Below, piece after piece: positions 10,442 through 20,062 of a stretch of DNA of 64,000 nt. The stretch is from Bacteroidales bacterium (GTDB lineage Bacteria > Bacteroidota > Bacteroidia > Bacteroidales > VadinHA17): NCBI GenBank assembly GCA_049512815.1, contig JBEKWS010000020.1, positions 13,093-77,092 of the forward strand. The letters run 5' to 3'. The position numbers and the translations under genes were made by a program. The notes under the pieces are model-generated. The model saw only the letters and a program-made list of their open reading frames with translations, was not told the DNA's origin and did no database searches. Every line of letters begins with the position of its first letter. The stretch's first letter is position 1.

Positions 10442-12139
10442 ATGAACATTTTTGTTTTTTCTTTTGCTGTGTTGATGTTCTTTATCAACGGAATTACAGG
10501 CAAACCTGATAAACAGGGATCTGTCAACACCGATAACCCTGTTTTGAGAAGTAATATCCAGCTCCAGGATATTCCACCGACAACATCCCTGGTATATCCC
10601 GGCACCAATGGCAGACTGGTATATGTCGCTGACAGCCTGGGTAATAAAATCCCTGATTTTTCCAATGCCGGGTATAAAGGCGGAGGTGTACCTATTCCGT
10701 ATGTAGCGATCAAAAAAATTGTCTGGCCGGTAATGGGAGACAATTCAGTAAATATCCAGGCAGCAATAGACAGTGTTTCTGCCCTCCCTCCTGACGCTTC
10801 AGGATTCAGAGGCGCTGTGCTTCTGAAAATGGGTGAATATGAACTTGAGAAACCGATTTATGTAAAAGCGTCGGGTATTGTGCTTAGGGGAGAAGGGATG
10901 AGTGATATCGGAACCATTCTTATTGGTAAAATACCAAAAGAAAGACAGGCCTTCAGAGGTGGACTTATAAACATAAATGGTACTTCAGCTATAGCCCCGC
11001 AGGAAGAAACAAAACAGATAATTACTGAAAAGTATGTACCGGTTGGTGCCCGTAGTTTTAATGTAGTATCAGCCAAAGGATTTAAAGTGGGAGACAAGGT
11101 TCTGGTAAGGCGTATTGGTAATCAGGACTGGATAAAGGCTATTGGTGAAGACAGTGTTGGTGCAGGCAGAAGCAGATGGAGACCTTTTAATATTACCTAT
11201 GACAGAATAATTGTCGATATCAAGGGAAATACAATTACCATTGATGCAACCATTTTCACTGCCATAGATACTCGTTGGGGCGGAGGAGAGATTCTCAAAT
11301 ACAACGATGAGCGCATTGATCAGGTAGGAATTGAAAACCTGCGCGGAGTATCAGAGTATAATCCTTCAGTCAGGACAGTTGCTTATGGGAATATGGATCG
11401 TCCATCATTTGAAGACCCAAAAACCCGGTATGAAGGGAATGAGTATTTTTCTGACGAAAATCACCTTAATAACTTTATAATTATTTCCAATTCGAAGAAT
11501 GTATGGGTAAGGAATATCAGTGCTCTTCACTTTGTCACCAGTGTAATACAAAGCAATGCAGGTTCAAAATGGATAACAGTGCAGGATTGTGAATCAAGGG
11601 AGCCTGTATCTGTCAGAATGGGAGGTAGGCGATTTATTTACCAGATGAATGGCCAGTTATGCCTTGTACAAAAGTGTTTTTCACAGAAAGGACGACATTC
11701 ATTTGTTCTGCAGGGATCCGAGGCAAGTGGTAATGTTTACCTCGACTGCCAGGCAGTTAACCCTTACTCCACAAGCGAACCCCACAACAGATGGGTAAAC
11801 GGGGTCCTCTATGACAACGTAAAAGCGCCTTTGACAGCCAGATTCTGGAAAGATTTTCCCATTGGCTGGGCTGGCGCTAATATCATATTCTGGAATTGCG
11901 AGGGTGATTTTCTGTGTCAGAGTCCACCAACTGCGAATAACTATTCTTTCGGACATATCGGAGTAGATGCTGTTATATTTAATGCACCCCTGCAGGATCT
12001 CACCGCACCAAGAGGGCATATTGAATCATTGGACAGGCATGTCACTCCAAGAAGCCTCTATCTTACACAACTTAAAGAAAGACTTGGGGAAGAAGCTGTT
12101 AAGAATGTAATAAAGGAAAATCAGATAATGTATAATTAA
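10442..12139 (+). CDS. Secreted protein of unassigned family, probably right-handed beta-helix (pectate-lyase-3-like N-terminus); candidate glycan-active enzyme
   Basis: A 565-aa protein with a signal peptide. The segment ..IPDFSNAGYKGGGVPIP..GDNSVNIQAAIDSVSALPPDASGFRGAVLLKMGEYELEKPIYVKASGIVLRGEG.. resembles the start of pectin-lyase-fold proteins. I could not assign a CAZy family from memory. Confidence 0.5.
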   Translation: MNIFVFSFAVLMFFINGITGKPDKQGSVNTDNPVLRSNIQLQDIPPTTSLVYPGTNGRLVYVADSLGNKIPDFSNAGYKGGGVPIPYVAIKKIVWPVMGDNSVNIQAAIDSVSALPPDASGFRGAVLLKMGEYELEKPIYVKASGIVLRGEGMSDIGTILIGKIPKERQAFRGGLININGTSAIAPQEETKQIITEKYVPVGARSFNVVSAKGFKVGDKVLVRRIGNQDWIKAIGEDSVGAGRSRWRPFNITYDRIIVDIKGNTITIDATIFTAIDTRWGGGEILKYNDERIDQVGIENLRGVSEYNPSVRTVAYGNMDRPSFEDPKTRYEGNEYFSDENHLNNFIIISNSKNVWVRNISALHFVTSVIQSNAGSKWITVQDCESREPVSVRMGGRRFIYQMNGQLCLVQKCFSQKGRHSFVLQGSEASGNVYLDCQAVNPYSTSEPHNRWVNGVLYDNVKAPLTARFWKDFPIGWAGANIIFWNCEGDFLCQSPPTANNYSFGHIGVDAVIFNAPLQDLTAPRGHIESLDRHVTPRSLYLTQLKERLGEEAVKNVIKENQIMYN

Positions 12140-12162
12140 CATATTAAACTAATACTTCTACC

Positions 12163-13068
12163 ATGAAAAAATCATTTTTGCTTATTATACTCGTTATTAC
12201 AATTTCGTTGAATTCTCCGGCTCAGGACCAGGCTCTGAACAACATTATTGCTGATGGTGCCAAACTTGAAAAAGTAGCTGACGGATTTTCATTCACCGAG
12301 GGGCCCACTGCTGATAAACAGGGTAATATCTATTTCACCGATCAGCCAAACAACAAGATTCTAATATATAGCGAGAAAACAGGTATCTCAACCTATATGG
12401 AACCATGCGGCCGTTCGAACGGGATGGCATTTGACAGAATAGGAAATCTCTGGACCTGTGCAGATGACAAAGGCGAATTGTGGATGATCACTCCTCAGAA
12501 AAAGGTTGAAATAATTTCCGCATCATTCGATGGACACAGATATAACGGACCAAATGATGTATGGATCGCTCCTGATGGAGGACTTTATTTCAGTGATCCG
12601 TTCTTTGTCCGAAATTACTGGGAACATAAAACGATGACACAGGATAAACAGTGTGTTTATTACCTAAAACCCGATCATAAAACTGTTGTACGTATAGTTG
12701 ACGATCTCTTACAGCCGAATGGGGTTATCGGAACACTTGATGGCAAAACTCTTTACATTACCGATATGCAGGGCCGGAAAACCTGGTCTTATTCAATTAA
12801 TGCTGACGGTTCTCTTTCGGATAAAAAGCTTTTCTGCGAAATGGGTTCTGACGGACTGACAATTGACTCGGATGGAAATTTATATCTTGTAGGCAGAGGT
12901 GTCACAGTATTTGATAAAATCGGGGGAAAAATCGGAAATATTCCTGTCCCTGAAGGTTGGACCGCCAATATATGTTTCGGAGGCAAAGATTTCAAAAGTC
13001 TGTATATCACCGCAAGCAAAGGATTGTACAGAATAAGGATGAAAGTCAAAGGTGCAGCAACAAGCTGA
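12163..13068 (+). CDS. SMP-30/gluconolactonase/LRE-like (SGL) lactonase, secreted
   Basis: A 301-aa protein with a signal peptide. It shows beta-propeller lactonase motifs: FTEGPTADKQGNIYFTDQPNNKI, YNGPNDVWIAPDGGLYFSDP, QPNGVIG..DGKTLYITD and DGLTIDSDGNLY. Confidence 0.8.
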   Translation: MKKSFLLIILVITISLNSPAQDQALNNIIADGAKLEKVADGFSFTEGPTADKQGNIYFTDQPNNKILIYSEKTGISTYMEPCGRSNGMAFDRIGNLWTCADDKGELWMITPQKKVEIISASFDGHRYNGPNDVWIAPDGGLYFSDPFFVRNYWEHKTMTQDKQCVYYLKPDHKTVVRIVDDLLQPNGVIGTLDGKTLYITDMQGRKTWSYSINADGSLSDKKLFCEMGSDGLTIDSDGNLYLVGRGVTVFDKIGGKIGNIPVPEGWTANICFGGKDFKSLYITASKGLYRIRMKVKGAATS

Positions 13069-13149
13069 AACCCTATAGCTTTTTAAATAAATTTAAACCC
13101 TGAATATCAAAAGAATTGATTCTATTCATTTATTCAGGACCTTACCAAG

Positions 13150-13264
13150 CCCAATGGTCATGTTGAATCGTTGGGCACATGTAGCTTCCAGGAGTTTTTA
13201 CCTGACGCAACTTAAGGAAAGGCTGAGAATGGAAGCTATTAGAAATGTAACACGAGAATGTTAG
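13150..13264 (+). pseudogene. Degenerate 3'-terminal relic of a paralogue of the 10442-12139 gene
   Basis: Two adjacent frames read GHVESLG.. and ..SFYLTQLKERLRMEAIRNV. These parallel the C-terminus RGHIESLDRHVTPRSLYLTQLKERLGEEAVKNV of the 565-aa protein. A frameshift separates the two pieces. Confidence 0.6.
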
Positions 13265-13302
13265 TCGACAGATTATTAATCTTTGAGATAACAAAAGAAG
13301 AA

Positions 13303-13337
13303 AACAGCCGCCATGAATTGCATAGTGGCTGTTTTTT
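13303..13337. terminator. Bidirectional hairpin terminator
   Basis: A stem aacagccgc/gtggctgtt followed by TTTTTT on the + strand and preceded by an A-rich run. It lies 45 nt downstream of the stop of the minus-strand 13382-15313 gene. Confidence 0.55.
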
Positions 13338-13381
13338 ATTAAGTGTTTCCCGGTTTATTAAAACCGAAAAAGTTCTGTTGA

Positions 13382-15313
13382 TTATAAATACTGAACAAAT
13401 CCCTCCATGTTAGTGCGGATCTTGTAAACCCAGTTATAACTGACAATATACAGGGTTTTCATGTCTTTATCACCAAAGCAGAGGCTAACCGGGAATGACG
13501 GTACGTTTATCATACCAACGAATTCTCCTTTTGAGTTGAAGATTTGGACACCATAATAGGTTCCAACATAAAGATTGCCCAGTTTATCAATAGCCATTCC
13601 GTCGGCGCTTGTCGACTTGCCCTTTCTGTTAAGTACGTTTTCAGTCAGGAATAATTTTGCAAACTGGCGACCATTTTTTATAGTTCCATCAGGATTTACA
13701 TCATATGCCCAGATATAATTCTTCTTATCGCTTTTAACCGGATACCATGTTTCATCATCATAAGTATTATTGATGAACAGAGTTTTGCCGTCAGGGGATA
13801 ATACAACTCCATTAGGCATGGCAAATGCATTAGGCTCGAGGAGTCTGGTCAGCTTGCCCGCAGGTGAAAGATAATAAACAGCCCTTCCCGGCTGGAATTT
13901 CACAGCTTCCATAGTGAATTGAGGGTCAGTGAAATAAATACCACTTTTTGCATCTGTTATAATATCATTTGGTCCATCGAGTGACTTTCCATCATATTTA
14001 TCGGCAAGTACCTTAACAACCTGTCCTTTTGTCGTCATCTCAATAACCCTGTGACCCAGCATATCACAAACAAGAAGGTTGCCATTTTTATACGGATAGA
14101 GTCCGTTTGTCTGCATTTTACCTTCAGTAATATACTTGTAAGTTCCATTTGGATCCAACTCAACTGTTGAACTTTTTTTCGGGCTTCCGGTCCATTTCTG
14201 GTCGAAGTACATATTCGAAAAATAAACTTTCCCGTTCATCCATTTAGGCCCTTCGCTGAAAGTCAGTCCCGGTTTTGTTTTTGTACCGTCGATAAACAAG
14301 TCCAATTTGGCATCTTCAGGAATAATGACATGGTATGCATCAAGTCTTGCCTTTTCTTTTTCAGCATAGTCTGCTCTTGCAGGCCAAAAAATATCTATCG
14401 CATCGCAGCCAAGATCACCGACTTTTGCGCCGTGAACCATATTGCCCGGGATCAGAACTACATTATTTTTTGCCATGCTCTGTTCCCCATCGAGGAGAAT
14501 TTCATTACATCCTCCGCGCAGCACAAGCATCATCTGTTCTTCAGGATGTACATGACGGTCGAAGAGTGCTCCCGGATCCATCGAAATAAAACTCACCTGG
14601 GTATTCTTACCTGTAACCAGTCTTGAGTTTGCTCCTGCAGTAAGTGCTGTCAGCTGAAACTCATATAAATCATATACCAGATTGGGTTTTACATTCGGAA
14701 CCTGAGTGGTTGGAAGATCCACTGATTGAGCAGGAACATTCTTTACACCTGCTTTTTGAAGGTAGTCAAGACGTACCGGGCTGTAAACTGCAAGCAATTT
14801 TGCACCGGAAGGACCGGCTTTAATAGCGCTTTTACTCCCTTTTTCAAGATATACAAAATCAATTCTCGGTGTAGCGCTATGGGTTCCATCAGGTTCTTCT
14901 CTTTTTCTTGAGATCATAGTAATAGGTGATCCATTAATAACCTGATCTACTGATCCTTCCAGAACAAATAAAAATTGTTCTGATGGAAGAACTTCTTCAG
15001 GAATTTTTGCATTTGGTTCAAGCTGGAGAATACATGCCATTGTACCGGTTCCCCAATAGATTTTAGCATTTACGCCAGCATACAGAACTGTGTTTGCAAT
15101 GCTGTCAAGGGTTGTAACCTTTCCGGCTTGAAGATTTGAAACAACATTTGTTTTTGGAAGACCGGCAAGTTGCCTTTCTGTCAAAGAATATTGTTTAATA
15201 AGGTAGTTGTTTTTCTTTTGCCACTCTGGTGCTGATGTGCACTGGGCCAGTAGAATAACGATCAAAACCAGAAGACCCGGGAAGATAAGTTTTTTTGTCA
15301 AAGTCCTTTTCAT
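13382..15313 (-). CDS. Lipoprotein fusing cupin domains (N-terminal half) with an SMP-30/SGL lactonase beta-propeller (C-terminal half)
   Basis: A 643-aa protein with a lipobox (..LLAQC). It has a cupin metal motif region (RHVHPEEQMMLVLRGGCNEILLDGEQ..VLIPGNMVHG) followed by SGL motifs (FSEGPKWMNGKVYFSN, LDGPNDIITDAKSGIYFTDP, MPNGVVLSPDGKTLFINN, ADGMAIDKLGNLYV). Confidence 0.75.
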   Translation of the reverse strand: MKRTLTKKLIFPGLLVLIVILLAQCTSAPEWQKKNNYLIKQYSLTERQLAGLPKTNVVSNLQAGKVTTLDSIANTVLYAGVNAKIYWGTGTMACILQLEPNAKIPEEVLPSEQFLFVLEGSVDQVINGSPITMISRKREEPDGTHSATPRIDFVYLEKGSKSAIKAGPSGAKLLAVYSPVRLDYLQKAGVKNVPAQSVDLPTTQVPNVKPNLVYDLYEFQLTALTAGANSRLVTGKNTQVSFISMDPGALFDRHVHPEEQMMLVLRGGCNEILLDGEQSMAKNNVVLIPGNMVHGAKVGDLGCDAIDIFWPARADYAEKEKARLDAYHVIIPEDAKLDLFIDGTKTKPGLTFSEGPKWMNGKVYFSNMYFDQKWTGSPKKSSTVELDPNGTYKYITEGKMQTNGLYPYKNGNLLVCDMLGHRVIEMTTKGQVVKVLADKYDGKSLDGPNDIITDAKSGIYFTDPQFTMEAVKFQPGRAVYYLSPAGKLTRLLEPNAFAMPNGVVLSPDGKTLFINNTYDDETWYPVKSDKKNYIWAYDVNPDGTIKNGRQFAKLFLTENVLNRKGKSTSADGMAIDKLGNLYVGTYYGVQIFNSKGEFVGMINVPSFPVSLCFGDKDMKTLYIVSYNWVYKIRTNMEGFVQYL

Positions 15314-15350
15314 AATTTTAATAATTTATATAGTTTTTGTTGGTATTTAT

Positions 15351-16790
15351 TTATTGCTTTTCAATTGTAACATTTCTCTTGCCAAGAGGATCACCCACCT
15401 GGTCCATTCCTACGATATCATAGCCAAACCACTGATATGATTTTGCCATAGCTGAAGTTTGCGCCCATGCATAGTCGTGTTCTTTGGTTTTTGTCCACAT
15501 CACTCTGTGTTCTTCAGTATCGAATAAAAGCTCCATTTCATAAGTGAACTTTGTTTCCGGGGAACCAACTCTCTTTGACACATCATCCGGGAAACGACGA
15601 AGAAGCCTTGATCCTATATACCCGACTTGTTTTCTCAAAGCAACTACATAAACATCAATATAATTCTTCTCAAAAGCTTCAAAATTAACCGGTTCAACTT
15701 CAAAAAACATCTGAAGTTTTGCCATTGTCAGCGGCACATCTGTTACATCGAGTTTCCCTTTTTCAAGTGCAACACCGTAAACTATCAATTCAAGCGGATC
15801 GGTTTCGGAACTCTCAAGTGAATGTATTTCACCGGCTCGTACCGGGACAGCATCACCATAGGCGATGTCGGCCCATTCGTCATTCACGTGAACTTTCCCT
15901 TTTCCCTTAATGACGAAATAGACCTCGTCGACGCCTGAGTGAAAGTGTCTTCCAACAGAAGATCCAACCGGGATCAGCAGATGATCAACAAAAGCCCAGT
16001 TTGATTCAAATGAACCATGTCCCAGAGCCCTTCTGTAGAATACTGTATCTTTACCGCCATCCATGTTAACTACCGGGCGTAATAAATCTTTTGTCAGCTG
16101 AAGGGTATAAATAAATGTCGGCTTCTTTTCGAGAGTTGCTCCAACGCGGTCATCAGCAGTCTCAAATAGTCCGGTCGGATCGGCTGAATAATTGTATGCA
16201 CCCCTTCGCTGGAAACCTCCGCCCCCTGCTGCAGGGCCGTATCCTGCTGCTTCAGCAGGGTTTACAACGGCCACATTGAAATTCACCCAGTCGACGGGTT
16301 TGCTAGTAGGATTGTATACTGCATGCGAATTCCCCGACTTGCAGGGAACACCAACAGGCCCTTTGACCAGCGCAGTCTGTCCGTTAACAGTAAATTCACA
16401 ATCACCATCCAGGATCAGAAACATTTCATCTGAATTGGTATGGAAGTGATGGCCGATAGAACTTTTAGGCATCAACGGACCATGGTGCATAAAGTTTAAT
16501 CCGGTTATTGCACCTCTGCCTAAAAGTGTTTGTATGTATAATGTTCCGGTACCCTGATGGACATTCTTGCTTGCAAAAGCTTTTGTTTGATCAGTATGCC
16601 CAATGCGTTCGGCAAGCGGGATTACTTTCGGTTTTTCCTGACCGGAATTTCCATCCTGGCCGATGACTGTAATCAGTGAACTTAAAATCAATATCAACAC
16701 AACCGCTGATATAGGGATCGTCAAAGCATTTTTCAGCTTTTTTAATTTCAATATGAAATCTGAGAATGTTTCCATTTTTTTCATAATCAA
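15351..16790 (-). CDS. Membrane-anchored/exported bicupin protein with a possible ABM-like (dimeric alpha/beta barrel) C-terminal domain
   Basis: A 479-aa protein with an N-terminal hydrophobic anchor. It has two cupin motifs (GHHFHTNSDEMFLILDGDCEFTVNGQ and GRHFHSGVDEVYFVIKGKGKVHVNDE). The ~100-aa C-terminal tail (..FEAFEKNY..GYIGSRLLRR..) has an ABM-like pattern. Confidence 0.65.
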   Translation of the reverse strand: MIMKKMETFSDFILKLKKLKNALTIPISAVVLILILSSLITVIGQDGNSGQEKPKVIPLAERIGHTDQTKAFASKNVHQGTGTLYIQTLLGRGAITGLNFMHHGPLMPKSSIGHHFHTNSDEMFLILDGDCEFTVNGQTALVKGPVGVPCKSGNSHAVYNPTSKPVDWVNFNVAVVNPAEAAGYGPAAGGGGFQRRGAYNYSADPTGLFETADDRVGATLEKKPTFIYTLQLTKDLLRPVVNMDGGKDTVFYRRALGHGSFESNWAFVDHLLIPVGSSVGRHFHSGVDEVYFVIKGKGKVHVNDEWADIAYGDAVPVRAGEIHSLESSETDPLELIVYGVALEKGKLDVTDVPLTMAKLQMFFEVEPVNFEAFEKNYIDVYVVALRKQVGYIGSRLLRRFPDDVSKRVGSPETKFTYEMELLFDTEEHRVMWTKTKEHDYAWAQTSAMAKSYQWFGYDIVGMDQVGDPLGKRNVTIEKQ

Positions 16791-17252
16791 TTAATTCGGT
16801 TATTTATTTTAGTTCGATGCAATATTTTAAAAATCCGTACCAGGCTGATTTCCTGCAGAGGAGTTATCCAATTCAAGTATATACAAATCTATACAAACAG
16901 AGAGGATTTGAGAATTTTTTTTGTAATTTATTTCCCCTTAAGGTGAATATATCCGGACAGGCTCTTATGCTTTCAGGATTTCAAACAAGTCTACCGTCTA
17001 ATGGTTCAACGACTTAGAAATTTTATAAATTAATATCAGTGCTAGAAATTAAACCCTTTAATACGGATAGTCAACAGTATATTATATAAAAATTAAGAAT
17101 TTTTAAGATTTTGCAACGCTTTAAAAACAGTATATTTATGGAATATTGGCTATCAACAATACAACGATAATTAGAAGATAATATTAATTAACTATGCAAA
17201 AAGCATATAATCAAACAGATGATAATTTTTACTAACTAATAAATAATGCAAC

Positions 17253-18782
17253 ATGAAAACAATTTTGCAGAAAATTGCTGTTAAAACCAGGAAGCAAGAA
17301 GCTGCGGAAAGAGAATCTGTTAAGGCTGAATTGAATAATCCGGCCATCTCCAGCGATCGCCGTAACTTTCTTAAGAAAGCTGCTTTAGGTGGTATTGCTC
17401 TCGGTGGGTTATGGCATCTGTCAGTTGAAGATACAATAGCCCAGACTACACAGAATGTTTCCCGGGCATCGAACCCGTCTGATCTTAAAATCACCGACCT
17501 GCGCATAGCAGATAAAAGTGGCAGATCTCTTGCCAGCCGTATTATTCGAATTGAAACAAACCAGGGTATTTACGGGCTGGGAGACATAAGAGACGGAACA
17601 GACCCGCGTTTTGCCCTTTTCCTGAAGAGTAAGATAGTAGGCCTTAATCCCTGTAACGTCGAGATGATCTTTAAAGTCATCAAGCAATTCGGGGGACCTG
17701 GCCGGCAGGGTGGTGGTGTAAGCGCTGTGGAAACAGCATGCTGGGACTTGTGTGGTAAAGCCTTGAATGTTCCTGTTTGGCAATTGCTTGGAGGAAGATA
17801 TCGTGATAAAGTCAGGATCTATGCCGATACGCCTGACGAGACTGATCCGGCAAAACAGATTGAAGCACTTAAAAGAAGACTGGTCGACGGCTATACATGG
17901 CTTAAAATGGACATTGGAATGGATGAAATTGCCAAAGATCCCGAGTCTCTGGTCAATTCAAAATTCTGGGGTCAGAACAGCAATAATTTAAGCAACTGGT
18001 ACATGGGAAGAAGTTATGCCGCTGGCGGTTTTGATGATTATTGGAAAAAAGAACAGCCCTTTACCCAGATTCAGGTAACCGACAAAGGGCTGGAAGGTCT
18101 TCAGAGAATTGTTGAAAATGTGAGAAACGTGGTCGGTACAGAGATACCTCTTTCAGCCGATCATTTCGGACATATTGATATGAATCAGATTATCCGTATA
18201 GGCAAAGCACTCGAAAAATACAGGTTGGCATGGCTCGAAGATACGGTTGCATGGTTCCTCACTGATCAGCTGAAAGAGATAAAAGCAGCTCTTGAAACAC
18301 CAATACTTACAGGGGAGGATATTTATTTGCTTAACGGTCAGCTTGGAGGATTTAAAAAACTGATAGACGAACGCGCTGTTGATATTGTCCATCCAGATCT
18401 AGTGAGTGCTGGCGGTATACTTGAGACAAAGAAAATCCTTGACTATGCAGAGGAAGCAGGAATTGCAGGAGCATTACACTCCAACAGTACTCCTGTTGCC
18501 TGGATGGCCGCAATTCATGCTGCTGCTGCCACGGAAAATATTCTTGCTCTTGAGCATCATAATATTGATAATCCCAAGTGGGAGGGAATGGTTAAAATGA
18601 CAGGTAAACTACCTCTGATTACTAACGGGTTTGCCAATGTTCCTCTTGATGCTCCGGGTCTAGGAATTGAGCTTAACGATGAAGCTATCAAGGCAATGAT
18701 GCCAAATAAAGGTGAAAAGTACTTTGAACCTACACCTGAGTGGGACAGGTCAGGAATGACATATGATAAATTGTGGATATAA
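17253..18782 (+). CDS. Enolase-superfamily (mandelate racemase/muconate lactonizing enzyme; acid-sugar dehydratase-like) protein with a twin-arginine signal
   Basis: A 509-aa protein with a Tat motif SDRRNFLKKAALGGIALGG. The capping domain reads LKITDLRIA..IIRIETNQGIYGLGD. Barrel metal-ligand-type residues sit in ..LSADHFGH.., ..AWLEDT.., ..LTGEDIY.. and ..IVHPDL... Confidence 0.8.
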   Translation: MKTILQKIAVKTRKQEAAERESVKAELNNPAISSDRRNFLKKAALGGIALGGLWHLSVEDTIAQTTQNVSRASNPSDLKITDLRIADKSGRSLASRIIRIETNQGIYGLGDIRDGTDPRFALFLKSKIVGLNPCNVEMIFKVIKQFGGPGRQGGGVSAVETACWDLCGKALNVPVWQLLGGRYRDKVRIYADTPDETDPAKQIEALKRRLVDGYTWLKMDIGMDEIAKDPESLVNSKFWGQNSNNLSNWYMGRSYAAGGFDDYWKKEQPFTQIQVTDKGLEGLQRIVENVRNVVGTEIPLSADHFGHIDMNQIIRIGKALEKYRLAWLEDTVAWFLTDQLKEIKAALETPILTGEDIYLLNGQLGGFKKLIDERAVDIVHPDLVSAGGILETKKILDYAEEAGIAGALHSNSTPVAWMAAIHAAAATENILALEHHNIDNPKWEGMVKMTGKLPLITNGFANVPLDAPGLGIELNDEAIKAMMPNKGEKYFEPTPEWDRSGMTYDKLWI

Positions 18783-18819
18783 GAATTTGATTATTTAATT
18801 TTCTGTTCACGAATATTTT

Positions 18820-18852
18820 GAGGGTGCGGGAAAATTGCACCCTCTTTTTTTT
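18820..18852 (+). terminator. Intrinsic terminator
   Basis: A GC-rich 8-bp stem gagggtgc/gcaccctc followed by TTTTTTTT. Confidence 0.85.
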
Positions 18853-19069
18853 AAATGAATTAATTGCCCGGAGTTTATTTATTATATATATAAAAATTAG
18901 TAATTTAGAATTTAGAAATTGGACTTCTACTCTTAACTGACTAATAATTAGTTATTTACTATTTGAATTAATCATTGTGTAAAGACTCATTTCCTGATGC
19001 GGGTTAACTGGGACTCATTAAAAAAATAATTTCTGGAAACAGGAACGTATGTAACTTGAATTTTACTGA

Positions 19070-20059
19070 ATGAACAAATACAAAACGGGCACAAGCTGGC
19101 GTAAGTATCTTCAAATCAGAGAGGTAAATGTGTTAATAGCGCTCATTTTCATAGTTGTTATAATGAGTGTTGCAAGTCCGTATTTTCTGAAGCAAGATAA
19201 TCTGTTTAACGTCCTGCGGGGCATGTCCACGATAGGTATAATGGCGATCGGCCAGACCATGGTTATTATCACCGGTGGAATTGACCTGTCAGTGGGATCC
19301 CTTATGGCAGTTTCTTCAATGCTTACAGCAAGGTTAATTGCCGTGTATAGCCAGAATGCTCTGCTTGCTGTTATTTGCGGACTCATTTTCGGATTATTAT
19401 TAGGAACTGTGAGCGGTCTTATTATTACCAGGTTTAAAATCAATCCTTTTATTACAACCCTGGGGATGCTAAGCATTGGACGAGGTTTGACATACCTTCT
19501 TGCCACCGGGGTCAAAGGAAGCGTTGCATCGAATATTCCAATGCAAAATGCATCCATAATTTTTCTTGGAAGCGGCTATCTGGGGCTTGTACCTTTTTCT
19601 GTTGTTTTACTTCTCTTACTGGTCATTCTGGTGACGGTCTTTTTAAAACGCACGGTTCCCGGACGGTATATTTATGCCGTGGGGAGTAATGAGAGATCAG
19701 CGCGATTATCAGGAGTTCCCGTTAATAAGGTTCGTGTTTTTGTTTATGCCATATCCGGCTTTTTCTGCGCCCTGGCAGGCATAATATTAACCGGACGGCT
19801 GTCGACCGCCGCCACAAATATTGGCATCGGCAATGAACTGGATGTGATTGCTGCCGTCGTGATTGGCGGCGCCAGTTTGCAGGGAGGCGAAGGTACTGTT
19901 ACCGGGGCAATCATTGGTGCCACAATTATGTCAATAGTAAGGAATGCCTTTGTTTTGCTGCACATCCCTAACCATTTTCAGACTATTACAATTGGAATTG
20001 TGATTATACTTGCCGTGGGACTTGACCAGTTACTGAAAGGAAAGTTGAAAAATATCTGA
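19070..20059 (+). CDS. Sugar ABC transporter permease (CUT2 / RbsC-like)
   Basis: A 329-aa polytopic protein with RbsC-like segments: ..NVLRGMSTIGIMAIGQTMVIITGGIDLSVGS.. and ..GRYIYAVGSNERSARLSGV... Confidence 0.85.
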   Translation: MNKYKTGTSWRKYLQIREVNVLIALIFIVVIMSVASPYFLKQDNLFNVLRGMSTIGIMAIGQTMVIITGGIDLSVGSLMAVSSMLTARLIAVYSQNALLAVICGLIFGLLLGTVSGLIITRFKINPFITTLGMLSIGRGLTYLLATGVKGSVASNIPMQNASIIFLGSGYLGLVPFSVVLLLLLVILVTVFLKRTVPGRYIYAVGSNERSARLSGVPVNKVRVFVYAISGFFCALAGIILTGRLSTAATNIGIGNELDVIAAVVIGGASLQGGEGTVTGAIIGATIMSIVRNAFVLLHIPNHFQTITIGIVIILAVGLDQLLKGKLKNI

Positions 20060-20062
20060 CTT

